A DNA stretch of 64,000 nt from Candidatus Latescibacterota bacterium (GTDB lineage Bacteria > Latescibacterota > UBA2968 > SICM01), in assembly GCA_965217865.1 (NCBI GenBank), contig CBDCJO010000002.1:1088001-1152000 (forward strand). The letters run 5' to 3'. Position 1 is the stretch's first letter; every line of letters starts with the position of its first letter. The notes under the pieces were generated by a model. It searched no databases, had not been told where the DNA came from, and saw only the letters and a list, made by a program, of their open reading frames with translations. Positions 40,445 through 49,412 of this stretch are shown in pieces. Both the position numbers and the translations under genes were made by a program.

Positions 40445-41302
40445 TTAATCCCTCAGCCTGTAAAAATCGACCGCGTTATCGTGAAACAGTTTTTTCAGTT
40501 CACCCTCAGAGCAGCCCGACACCGCCCAGGCCAGCGTCTCCACCCATCGGGGATATTCGGTCGCCTGATACGCGACCGGCCAGTCTCCGCCGTACATCAC
40601 ACGATCAAATCCGAAGCATCCGATCACGTGATCGAGATAGGGTTTCAGGTCCTCATTCGTCCAGTGTTGATGGTCCGCTTCCGTCACCAGGCCGGACACC
40701 TTGCACCAGACATTCGGGACTTCTGATAGCGATCTTATTCCCTCCCTCCACGGGTCGAAAACCCCTTCCTTGATATTGGGTTTCGCGATATGGTCCAGTA
40801 TGAATTTTACGTCCGGACATTGCCGGACAAAACGGATGGTATTCTCCAAGTGCACGTGAGAGATGCAGATGTCGAAACTCAAACCGAAATCCGAAAGCAT
40901 CTGGACCCCCCTGATGAAATCCGGTTGAAGGCAGAACGAAAGGTCCGGCTCGAACTGAATTATTCTGCGGATGCCTTTAATCAAACTGTTTTCCGACAGT
41001 TTCTCCACTTCAGCCCGCGCGCCTTCACCCTTTTCGAGCGGGGCCCAGGACACGATCCCTTGAATCCTCGGATCTTCCCGGGAAAGCCCGGTCACCCATT
41101 CGGCCTCCTGGGCGTACTGCGCAGGGTCGCATTCGCATTGCAGGAAAACCATTTTTTCGACCTGGACCGGACCGCAGGCCTTCTTGTAGTCATCCAGCAG
41201 AAAGGGCCGGTTCAAAAACGGGATGTCGTCCAGCCACGGGTAGTGCAGGCGTTCCACGTCCCAGACGTGTAGATGCGTATCTACGATCGGGAAATCGATC
41301 AT
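40445..41302 (-). CDS. Amidohydrolase_2 family (L-fuconolactonase-like)
   Basis: IVDTHLHVWD, KGIRR, LDHIAKP, CKVSG, FGFDRVMYGGDWPV. Confidence 0.9.
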   Translation of the reverse strand: MIDFPIVDTHLHVWDVERLHYPWLDDIPFLNRPFLLDDYKKACGPVQVEKMVFLQCECDPAQYAQEAEWVTGLSREDPRIQGIVSWAPLEKGEGARAEVEKLSENSLIKGIRRIIQFEPDLSFCLQPDFIRGVQMLSDFGLSFDICISHVHLENTIRFVRQCPDVKFILDHIAKPNIKEGVFDPWREGIRSLSEVPNVWCKVSGLVTEADHQHWTNEDLKPYLDHVIGCFGFDRVMYGGDWPVAYQATEYPRWVETLAWAVSGCSEGELKKLFHDNAVDFYRLRD

Positions 41303-41393
41303 GCTGTTCTCCTTATGGCGGGGTTGTCCGGTCGCAACTTGGGGGACGGACCGGCGGAATATTCCCCGACCCACGGTACCGGACCATGTAAAT

Positions 41394-43108
41394 TCAGCCG
41401 TTCGTCAAAGGCCAGTAGCGACGGTCCAGCGTAAAGTCGCACACCTTGTGGATAGGCACCTGCCGGAAATAACTTTTACCCTTTCCGCGCGCCTGCCAGG
41501 TTTCCAGTTCCTCTCGGTGTCCCAGGTCACGACAGACGGCCCACTCCCCGCTCCTTTGTGTTCTCGCATCCGTATCCCAGAAACATAATCCATCCGCCCC
41601 GGATCGATAGTGTGGGATGGCGTCGGGCAAGAATCTTTCCGCCGGCTGCCGTTTCGGTAAGGGGTCCGGGCAAATACGGCACGATGTGCCCCTTGCGAGC
41701 TCAGCAAACGCCGCGGTTTCGATCTTCCCGTCCGAGGGCCGTTCGGTTGAATGACAGGGTGCAGGAATCAGCAGGTCCACCAGTCCCTTCTCGACCCAAG
41801 TCTTCACGTCCAGTCCGAAATAGTGACAGTTCTTCAGATTGTTCATCACGTGATAAGCGGTTCCCAGTTTCCGTCCTCTCAAACGTCCCACCTCGTCTGC
41901 CATCTCCCGAATCGCTCGTATATATTCCGTAACATACGACCCCTTGTGGGCAAGCCAGTCCGGGTCATCCTCCGGAAGTTTCCGGGGATCCCGGCCGTGT
42001 GTTTGAATGAATTCCCCAACTGCGATCTCTTCGTAGAGAACAAACGGCCAGCTCCTGCAAGAACAGCACGTGTACGCCGTCCGTTCCCAACTCCGCCATC
42101 TCCTTCAAGACGGCGATATATCGCTCGCGAACCTCAGGATAGGCCAGGCTCAGATGCGGCGTCACGTTCCCATCCCGGTCAACGCAGCGGTACTCCGGAT
42201 GCCGTGCATAAAACGATTCGGGAGGCATATCGTGGGCGGGTGGAAGATAAGCCCCGGCCATTCGCATGCTCCCGTAGATTTCCAATCCAAGATCGTGGGC
42301 TGCCTCGATAGCAGCCTTCAGAGGATTCACACCCAGAGCCTTCAGGCCGAGCAGGTTCTTCGCCAGGTCCCGGCTGAAGTGATAACCGGACCAGCAGTTC
42401 AGATCCATCGTGGCACCTACCCTGGACTCATACATGCAGCAATCTCCGAAAACCGCCCCCCACAGCACCATCCCCACGTCCGTTTTTTGGAAAGACGCAA
42501 TGGGATCCCGAATACGCTCCTCGCTCTGGTAGAAGTCGTGCGCAACCCCAAATCCATCGAATATCGCCACAAGCCTTCTGCTGTCGTCGTCAGGCTGGGC
42601 CTGTTCCGGACCATCTTCGCACGTGATCAGACGCACGTAGGCCAGGCACGCCATCCTGCCTTCAAATGATTCCGAGATCACCAGGTCCTCTTCCCTGAGA
42701 TCAACCGACCGCCAGAAAGATTCGTTCAGCTCAAAGTGTTCCGGCTTCCGGCCCAAGTCTCCGTCCTTCGGCGGAAACATCTCTTTTGCAAGCCAGTGGA
42801 ACCCGCTTTCTCCCTCCAGCATCAGGCCGATCTTTTGCTCCCCGAGGATAGAGGCATAGCAAATTCCAAGGTAGATGTCGTGCCAACCCCTGACGCCGAG
42901 CGAGAGGCGCAGCTCCGGCGCACCCCCCCGGCCCGGCCCAGACCATTGTCCCCTTCGTATTCTCGGCCTCGTAATCCACCAGGCTCCAGTAACCGTCCTT
43001 CGGCACCCGGGTTAATGATCCTCCGGGCTGACAGGCGGACAGGTCCGAGATCAGCGTTCCGCCCGGCCGGTTAACCTCACTCCTGAGCCGCTCCTTTTCC
43101 GGGTCCAT
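41394..43108 (-). CDS. Paralog of 34669..36450 with two frameshifts (about 42925 and 42060)
   Basis: ORFs 42731-43156, 41965-42822 and 41394-41903 join into one colinear protein ending GADGLCFWD...LGHREEL...WPLTNG. Confidence 0.7.
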
Positions 43109-43162
43109 TCCCTGCCTTTCTTGCCGATGATTCTGCGGGTACCTGAAACCCGCCAACTGCCT

Positions 43163-44248
43163 TCAGCACAGTGCCGAATCCTCCATGGTCCGGTTTCGAA
43201 ATTCCGAAATCACATGAAACGTGATGTAATTTGCGTCGTGGAAGTTATGGGCGCCGGTTCCACCATCGTCGTACGCAGTTCGAGAGACGAAGATAATGTC
43301 TTCCCCCTCGAAGAGCCAGTCCACGTACTGAAACGCATGCTCTTGCGGGTCCGGATGGTGAAGAATAACGGAATTCACCTTCCACCCCCTCAGATCGTGC
43401 GATGAGGTCAGAACCAGAGTATTCCGCTTGGCCGGCGGGTCCGTCTGCTTGTTGGCTAGCGACCAGTACCGTCGGGTCTTGGGGTCGAACCGCACGGTGA
43501 ACTTGGACCCGCCGCCTGGAAAATCGATGATGTCTTTCTCCCGGTCGTGGGAAAGGGTCTTCCCATCATCCGATATGTGCAGGAGCGCGGCCCTGTCATC
43601 GCCCTGGCCGTTGGTCCTGAGGAGATTGGCCAGTCTGTTTTCCGGTGTGACAACCACATTGCCCTCGATCCATTGAGACCCGGACCACAAGTGCTCATAG
43701 GGGGCGCTGAACCGCCAGCTCTCTGATCTGAGCAAGTCGGCGTCTTCTGGCGCCGACGCCACCTGTGCCGCCCACTGTGGCCGCTTCCCGTGTGCCAGCT
43801 CAAACGCCCGCCAGACCCGGCCCAGGTGGGTGATCACCGGGACAGGAGCGCAGTGATAACCGCCCTCCGGGGAAAGGTGACCCTTGTGTTCATCCTCCGG
43901 TGACGTCCACGAGCGGCCACCGTCCGATGAACGTCTGATGACCACGTGTCCGTATTCTCGGTCAGTGCCCAGAATGTAAAGCGCCCCCAAGTGCATAAAC
44001 AGCGTGGACCACCACTGTCCGATGAGATCGGACACCTTTTTCCAGGACACACCCTTGTCGTCTGAACGGAAAACAACCGTGCGGTTATTCTCGGTTCCCT
44101 GACCGAACAAATCGTGGGAGACCACATAGGCCCCATCCGGCAATACGGCGATGCATGGACTCCCTACATACTGCTTCGTGTCGGCGGGGGAATGGTTAAC
44201 GACCACACCCGGCACACTTGAATGATCGTATCTTAATTCCCGTTCCAA
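43163..44248 (-). CDS. BNR/sialidase-like protein
   Basis: YVGSPCI, SDDKGVSW, SSDGGRSW, WIEGN, FQYVDW, HDANY. Confidence 0.8.
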   Translation of the reverse strand: MERELRYDHSSVPGVVVNHSPADTKQYVGSPCIAVLPDGAYVVSHDLFGQGTENNRTVVFRSDDKGVSWKKVSDLIGQWWSTLFMHLGALYILGTDREYGHVVIRRSSDGGRSWTSPEDEHKGHLSPEGGYHCAPVPVITHLGRVWRAFELAHGKRPQWAAQVASAPEDADLLRSESWRFSAPYEHLWSGSQWIEGNVVVTPENRLANLLRTNGQGDDRAALLHISDDGKTLSHDREKDIIDFPGGGSKFTVRFDPKTRRYWSLANKQTDPPAKRNTLVLTSSHDLRGWKVNSVILHHPDPQEHAFQYVDWLFEGEDIIFVSRTAYDDGGTGAHNFHDANYITFHVISEFRNRTMEDSALC

Positions 44249-44356
44249 AGCCCGATCCCTGTTGACAACAGCTTCGTTCCTATGTCGCTATTGTGGAAGC
44301 TCCTTATTCTCGTCGAAACCAACAGGGGAGGCCATCGCATTTGTAGCCAGAGAGTC

Positions 44357-45805
44357 TTAAAGCCGATCGATCATCCTGTGGCTCCAGTAACCCTGATGAT
44401 CGAGCCTGAGACCGTAGATCTCCGCCTCAGTGGCTTGAATCTCTACGCGCACCGGCCTTCCCACGAGCTCCGCGAGATTCTCCCGATCTCGCCATCGCAC
44501 GGAAGCATACAGGTGATCACCACTGACGGGAATCGATTCCTCAAACGAGAAACCGGGAATCGGATCCTCCTCCACCCGGGTCGAAAACGCCGGCTCATGG
44601 CCTTGTTCCACGTGACCGCCATCGATGATCTGAACCCGAACACTGGTGTGCGGGGCTGTGCGTATGTTAATCGTAAACTGCGGTTCCCGGGGGATAATGG
44701 CCTTTGTCCTGAGCCGGCCTTCCCTTGCTGAACTGGCCAGATAGCTGAACCCGTCGAGCCGCAGCTCGTAGATCAGGGTGCCGAACCACCCGTCGGTGTC
44801 CAGACCCTCCTCTTCCATGTACGCGTGGCTTGCGTGGTCCCCACGGCTGCCGTCCACGTATAAAAGGATCTTGTCCTCAGAGGTCCTGACCATGGCATTT
44901 AGATAAGCACAACCTCCACCAATTTCCCCCAGAGAGCGGAGCGGAACGAGCGGGCGTCGCTCGGTGCGATACCAGTTCGTGCTGTTGTAGGAGTAGGCCA
45001 GATGAGGCTCCACCTTACCCTCGGTCTTGATCCTGCGTCTCTCATACGGAGACGGGTAGTACATCTGGGGAAAGCCGGTATACATATCCTCGTATGGGAA
45101 GGAGGGCATGCCGTAGACTTCCGTGAGCACGGGATCTCCGGCGTCGGCCTGAAGCACTGTGACAGGCGAAGAGAATTCAGCGAAATCAGAGGTGGTCACA
45201 AGGCAGACCCTCCGGTCGGCGCAGCCGGGCCTCCCGAACAGGTGAAAGCACTCCCGCTGATCTTCATAAAGCACACCGGTCCACGTGTCGCAGATATCGT
45301 CCATCCAGGTGTGCTCAGGGTCGGCCTCGAAGGTCAGACCATCCTCCGAAAAGCCGAAGTACATCCTGCGATCACCCTCCGCACGATTGCTGAATATCCC
45401 CACAAACCCTCGGTCGGCCATCGGGGTGTTCTCCAGGGTTGTGACGTAGCGACACTGGAAGCTTTTCAATTCACGCTCCGTGACGAAATCCGGAGAACAT
45501 CCCTCCACTTTCAGCTCCTGATCCCTGATCTGCAACGATGGCCAGGATTTCGGATCCTCGGAGGTCAGCCGTAAAAGCCGGCTTCCCGTCTCCACATCCG
45601 ACAGCACGACAGAGGGCATAACAGACACATACATCGCGTAGGCATTCAGTCTCGAACTGTGGAACACGCTCCCGACTTGATAGCCCAGCAACCCACGACC
45701 CGGATCCGGGAAAGGTTCGCCGACAAGGGCGGGCTTTCCTATCACCCTTTCCAGCCCGATCCGCTGCTCCAGCATCCAGTCGTCGAAAAAAAGAATCGCC
45801 TTCAT
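44357..45805 (-). CDS. Beta-propeller glycosidase-like protein, related to 31774..33168
   Basis: LFFDDW, SEDG..F, SDF..FS.P, YGM, LRLDGF, C-terminal PIPGF...W...L.GRPVR. Confidence 0.7.
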   Translation of the reverse strand: MKAILFFDDWMLEQRIGLERVIGKPALVGEPFPDPGRGLLGYQVGSVFHSSRLNAYAMYVSVMPSVVLSDVETGSRLLRLTSEDPKSWPSLQIRDQELKVEGCSPDFVTERELKSFQCRYVTTLENTPMADRGFVGIFSNRAEGDRRMYFGFSEDGLTFEADPEHTWMDDICDTWTGVLYEDQRECFHLFGRPGCADRRVCLVTTSDFAEFSSPVTVLQADAGDPVLTEVYGMPSFPYEDMYTGFPQMYYPSPYERRRIKTEGKVEPHLAYSYNSTNWYRTERRPLVPLRSLGEIGGGCAYLNAMVRTSEDKILLYVDGSRGDHASHAYMEEEGLDTDGWFGTLIYELRLDGFSYLASSAREGRLRTKAIIPREPQFTINIRTAPHTSVRVQIIDGGHVEQGHEPAFSTRVEEDPIPGFSFEESIPVSGDHLYASVRWRDRENLAELVGRPVRVEIQATEAEIYGLRLDHQGYWSHRMIDRL

Positions 45806-45913
45806 TCTTCCTCCACGTGTCCTTCATTCGGGATAATCGGCCAAAAGGATCGCCGTGGTTTCCCCTGCCTCTTAAAGGACATTGTCCTCTCCCCATTCCC
45901 CGGAGTCCTTCTC

Positions 45914-47080
45914 TTAAGGGGAAACGGGTCCTTTTTTGCCCGTGAGGAATCGAGAGGGGTCCGGACTCCTCCCGATCCCGCTCTCCAGCCACGCCTCGTC
46001 GAAAACGCTCGCGAAAATCCCGCGCGACCCGGGCCATTCCGACACCGCCTCCGGCTCATACCCGTAGTACGCGCACACGATCGATCCGTCCTCGAGCTGC
46101 ATGCCCACAGGGTACCCGAGATCGATCTTTCTGCCGACCTCGCCCTCGTGGTTGAACCTGTGAAGCGTGCTCATCGTGCTCATATCCCACGTCCGGCATT
46201 CGTCGCGGCTCAGGATCGCACGCACGCTCATGGGCGGCCGCCTGTGTCCGTATAGCATTACGACATTTCCGCTCCCCAATCTCACCAAATAAGGGGGATG
46301 TCCCCAGATCCCGGTTCGCACGGGCCTCGACCAGGTCATCCCCTGGTCTAATGACTCTGCTTGATAGAGGAAATAGCCTCGTCCGTCCCGCTGCATTCCG
46401 TTTCCGTCTGCGTCAACAGGCCATTTCTCGAGCGGAACATCGTACCAGTCCGCCCGCATCATGACCACGAGCCTTCCGTCATCGAAGCCCACCAGGGAAC
46501 ACTCGCTGAAGTCGCAGAGGTCTATGTGTTCGATCTGCGAGACATACCCCCAGCTCAGCCCGTCCGGGGTCCCTCTCAGAAAGGCGGTGGTATCCGGTTT
46601 TGGATCCAAGACTTCACCGCCGGTCAAGAGCCACCCTTCCGAGGTTCGAAGCACCGGACCGGGAGTCATCCTCATCACCGGCGCATAACAAGAGGGACCC
46701 AGGTCGATAGTTGATACGACGTTGTACCCGCTGATTCCGCGGCTGCGCGTGACCCTGATCCCTTCGTGGACCTGGAGCTGGGGATGGGTCCTGCAGCCTA
46801 CGCTCAGAAGCTCGCCGTTCGGCATGACCATCGGGTGAGAGGCCTCGAGAATCGGACCTGTCTCCGGAGGGTTGATCGAGGTCCGCCAAGTGAGGCCGCC
46901 GTCCTTCGAAACGGCGTAATGCGGTATCCGATGCGGTCCCCAGTGGGGATGAATCTCGCTTTCCTTCAGAAGAGTACGGGGTTGGACCCCGAATTTCAGA
47001 ATAAGCTCGTCCCGGGACCGGTACATCGCCGGGAATCCCGCGTACGTCTCCGGATTCGAGTAAACCTGGACATCCGTCAT
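45914..47080 (-). CDS. BNR/sialidase-like protein
   Basis: YAGFP, SKDGGLTW, SLDQGMTW, IWGHPP, SRDECRTW, DLGYP. Confidence 0.8.
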   Translation of the reverse strand: MTDVQVYSNPETYAGFPAMYRSRDELILKFGVQPRTLLKESEIHPHWGPHRIPHYAVSKDGGLTWRTSINPPETGPILEASHPMVMPNGELLSVGCRTHPQLQVHEGIRVTRSRGISGYNVVSTIDLGPSCYAPVMRMTPGPVLRTSEGWLLTGGEVLDPKPDTTAFLRGTPDGLSWGYVSQIEHIDLCDFSECSLVGFDDGRLVVMMRADWYDVPLEKWPVDADGNGMQRDGRGYFLYQAESLDQGMTWSRPVRTGIWGHPPYLVRLGSGNVVMLYGHRRPPMSVRAILSRDECRTWDMSTMSTLHRFNHEGEVGRKIDLGYPVGMQLEDGSIVCAYYGYEPEAVSEWPGSRGIFASVFDEAWLESGIGRSPDPSRFLTGKKGPVSP

Positions 47081-47122
47081 TCTATGGCTTCTCTGCCTAG
47101 TTTAAAGAGTTTTGTCGTTTCA

Positions 47123-47432
47123 CTAATGGGGTGTTCCGAACCCACTTTTTGAAACGCCGTCGTGCTCCCTCACCCCGCCTCGCAAGCTCGGCACCCCTCT
47201 CCCGGGTGCCGGGAGAGGGGAAGAGCGAAAATGATCTAATTGTTTAATGAACGGAAAGACGAAATCCTTAACATATACAGAATGAATGTCATCGTCCCCT
47301 TCTCCTGCGGAGCCTGTCCTGAGCTTGTCGAAGGACGGGAGAAGGGGATACAGGGGATGAGGGCGTTAAAACTGACATCCTTCGCATGAAAGCAGTACCA
47401 AATTCAAGGTTAATTCTGTAACACGCTACTGC
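47123..47432 (-). mobile_element. MITE family B, copy 2
   Basis: Reverse complement of 15582-15898, diverged; ends CTAATGGGGTGTTCCGAA ... TTCTGTAACACGCTACTG. Confidence 0.8.
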
Positions 47433-47462
47433 CTTGCCCCCACTCCCATTGACCTCGCCAGC

Positions 47463-49334
47463 TCACGTTCTTCCCGTCAGCATAATCACGATCGATCCAA
47501 CGCTTCTCACGACGGCTTCACCCATAATCAATCCGATAAAAAACGGTTTTGTCCGGCCATATAGCGAGGGTCCGCCGTACTTCAAGACATTTCGCTTGAT
47601 CAGCCACGCAATAAAGATGTTGAGCCACCAGGCCTGGGAAAAGGAAGTGGCCACAAAGCCGATCGGATGGATCGGCCACCAGAAAAACCTTCGGCGGGCA
47701 AAGATGAGCCCCCCCACGACAAGGGCGCCGATGCCGGCCCATACGGTCTGGAAGGGGTCTCCTTCGGATGGACCCATAATGGACCCGCCGAAATATTTGA
47801 GATGGAAATGCAGTTTGTGTATCGTAAAATGCGTGGCCGCAAACCCGTTGCCGCCGAGGGAATATGCAAAATACAGAAACGTTACGGCCGCAACAATCCC
47901 GCCTGTAAACAGCGCCAGGGTGGAAGGATATAGCAAAGATCGGCCCGACACCTCGGGAGGGTGACGAAATCTCATCATCGTTGACGCACTTGCCATGATA
48001 TTCGGTTTATTGGGGTGCGACCATGGCTGAGAAAGAAAAAAGCCGGCCATGGTGGGGCCCCCCAGGGTTTTCGTTCCCGCCCAGTTGATCAACATTTGAA
48101 CCTGACTCAGGGGCGCCCTGATGACCAGGCCTGCTTCGGCCAGGACGCGGGTCACGCCCAGGAATGTCGTGATCATGATCGCCAAAAATAGCGGAACGGT
48201 CCATACGGAGAGACCCGTTAACCATAACCAGCAACCCGTGAACACCGTTCCCACGATGCTCCCGAAAACCGCGGTCCGATACGAAAGGAATTCATCCGAA
48301 TCGTCGATCTCGTCCCCGGATCCGAATGCCTTTCGAAGGACATCCCGTATATGATGCCGCGCTTCGTACAATCCCAACCCCACAAGCGCTAACAAACCGC
48401 CCATCGCTTCTTGGTTCAGGCGTCCGAATGCTCCCCACGCGGGCGGGTTGTACACGATCGAGGTGCCGGAGGATATGATGAAATACATCTGGAAGTAAGT
48501 CAGGAAGGTAAAGAGCAGGATACTCCCGAGTACCTCAAGGGAGACCAGATAGCTGATCCCGAGGACAATGAAATGGGTGTAGAAAGGAAGGCCTATGGAG
48601 TTTCTGTAAAAACGGGTGTAGAAAGAGAGGTTAAGAGGTCTGATGATAGGGAAAAACCGGGAAAGGATATGGGACAATCCTACACTGCTGCTGACAGAAA
48701 ATCCGGTCCAGAAGAATAAATCCCGCTTAAACGGACGCTCATCTTTCTCGTTTCCCACCAGAGCCAGCGTGATCTCGGCAAGAGGAAAAGACAATCGCTC
48801 TTCCTCGACCCATCGCTTTCGTAGAATTACCATCACCGAGATCATCGTAACGGAAAATCCGGCCAGCAGCATCCCCCATGACCCGAGAGGCCATGCCCAC
48901 GCCTCGAATGGGATTTTCCCCCCAGGTCCCACCCCCTCGAAAAAACCCTTTGCGACAATTGGGTTTTTGATCACCAGGCCGTCGGGCAGCAGGGGAATTA
49001 CAGCGTCATTCCACCTGTTCTCAGGAGTGGCGAACTGCACGAAACCTGCCATATGCGGCAGAAGATGGTACACAAGCCCCCGTCCCGAAACCGCCGAAAC
49101 CATCAAAAGCATGGAAAAGATGATCAGAAGTTCATCCCTGCGAAAATCCGAACGCAAGATCCGAAGTCGCCTGAGAAACGGCCCGGCGCACACGAGCAGA
49201 AATATGAAAAACAGGGCCCCTGCGCCGTACCCATCCTCGGTGAGGGAAGACCGTCCCACCAGCGCCAGGTCACACGAATCCAGGAAGGCCAGCAAGGCGC
49301 TCAGGGCAAGCCCGATCAGAACGGAACGACGCAT
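47463..49334 (-). CDS. Polytopic membrane protein, DUF6785/DUF6784-like putative transporter
   Basis: Many TM segments; RKRWVEEERLSFPL, WWPIHPIG, KYGG..LY...PFFIGLIMGE. Confidence 0.7.
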   Translation of the reverse strand: MRRSVLIGLALSALLAFLDSCDLALVGRSSLTEDGYGAGALFFIFLLVCAGPFLRRLRILRSDFRRDELLIIFSMLLMVSAVSGRGLVYHLLPHMAGFVQFATPENRWNDAVIPLLPDGLVIKNPIVAKGFFEGVGPGGKIPFEAWAWPLGSWGMLLAGFSVTMISVMVILRKRWVEEERLSFPLAEITLALVGNEKDERPFKRDLFFWTGFSVSSSVGLSHILSRFFPIIRPLNLSFYTRFYRNSIGLPFYTHFIVLGISYLVSLEVLGSILLFTFLTYFQMYFIISSGTSIVYNPPAWGAFGRLNQEAMGGLLALVGLGLYEARHHIRDVLRKAFGSGDEIDDSDEFLSYRTAVFGSIVGTVFTGCWLWLTGLSVWTVPLFLAIMITTFLGVTRVLAEAGLVIRAPLSQVQMLINWAGTKTLGGPTMAGFFLSQPWSHPNKPNIMASASTMMRFRHPPEVSGRSLLYPSTLALFTGGIVAAVTFLYFAYSLGGNGFAATHFTIHKLHFHLKYFGGSIMGPSEGDPFQTVWAGIGALVVGGLIFARRRFFWWPIHPIGFVATSFSQAWWLNIFIAWLIKRNVLKYGGPSLYGRTKPFFIGLIMGEAVVRSVGSIVIMLTGRT

Positions 49335-49412
49335 CGAAATCTCCTATCACAAAGCGGTCGCCGACTCATGTTCCGCAACACAATAACTGCCTGTCAAGGA
49401 TTTACGTTTGAG

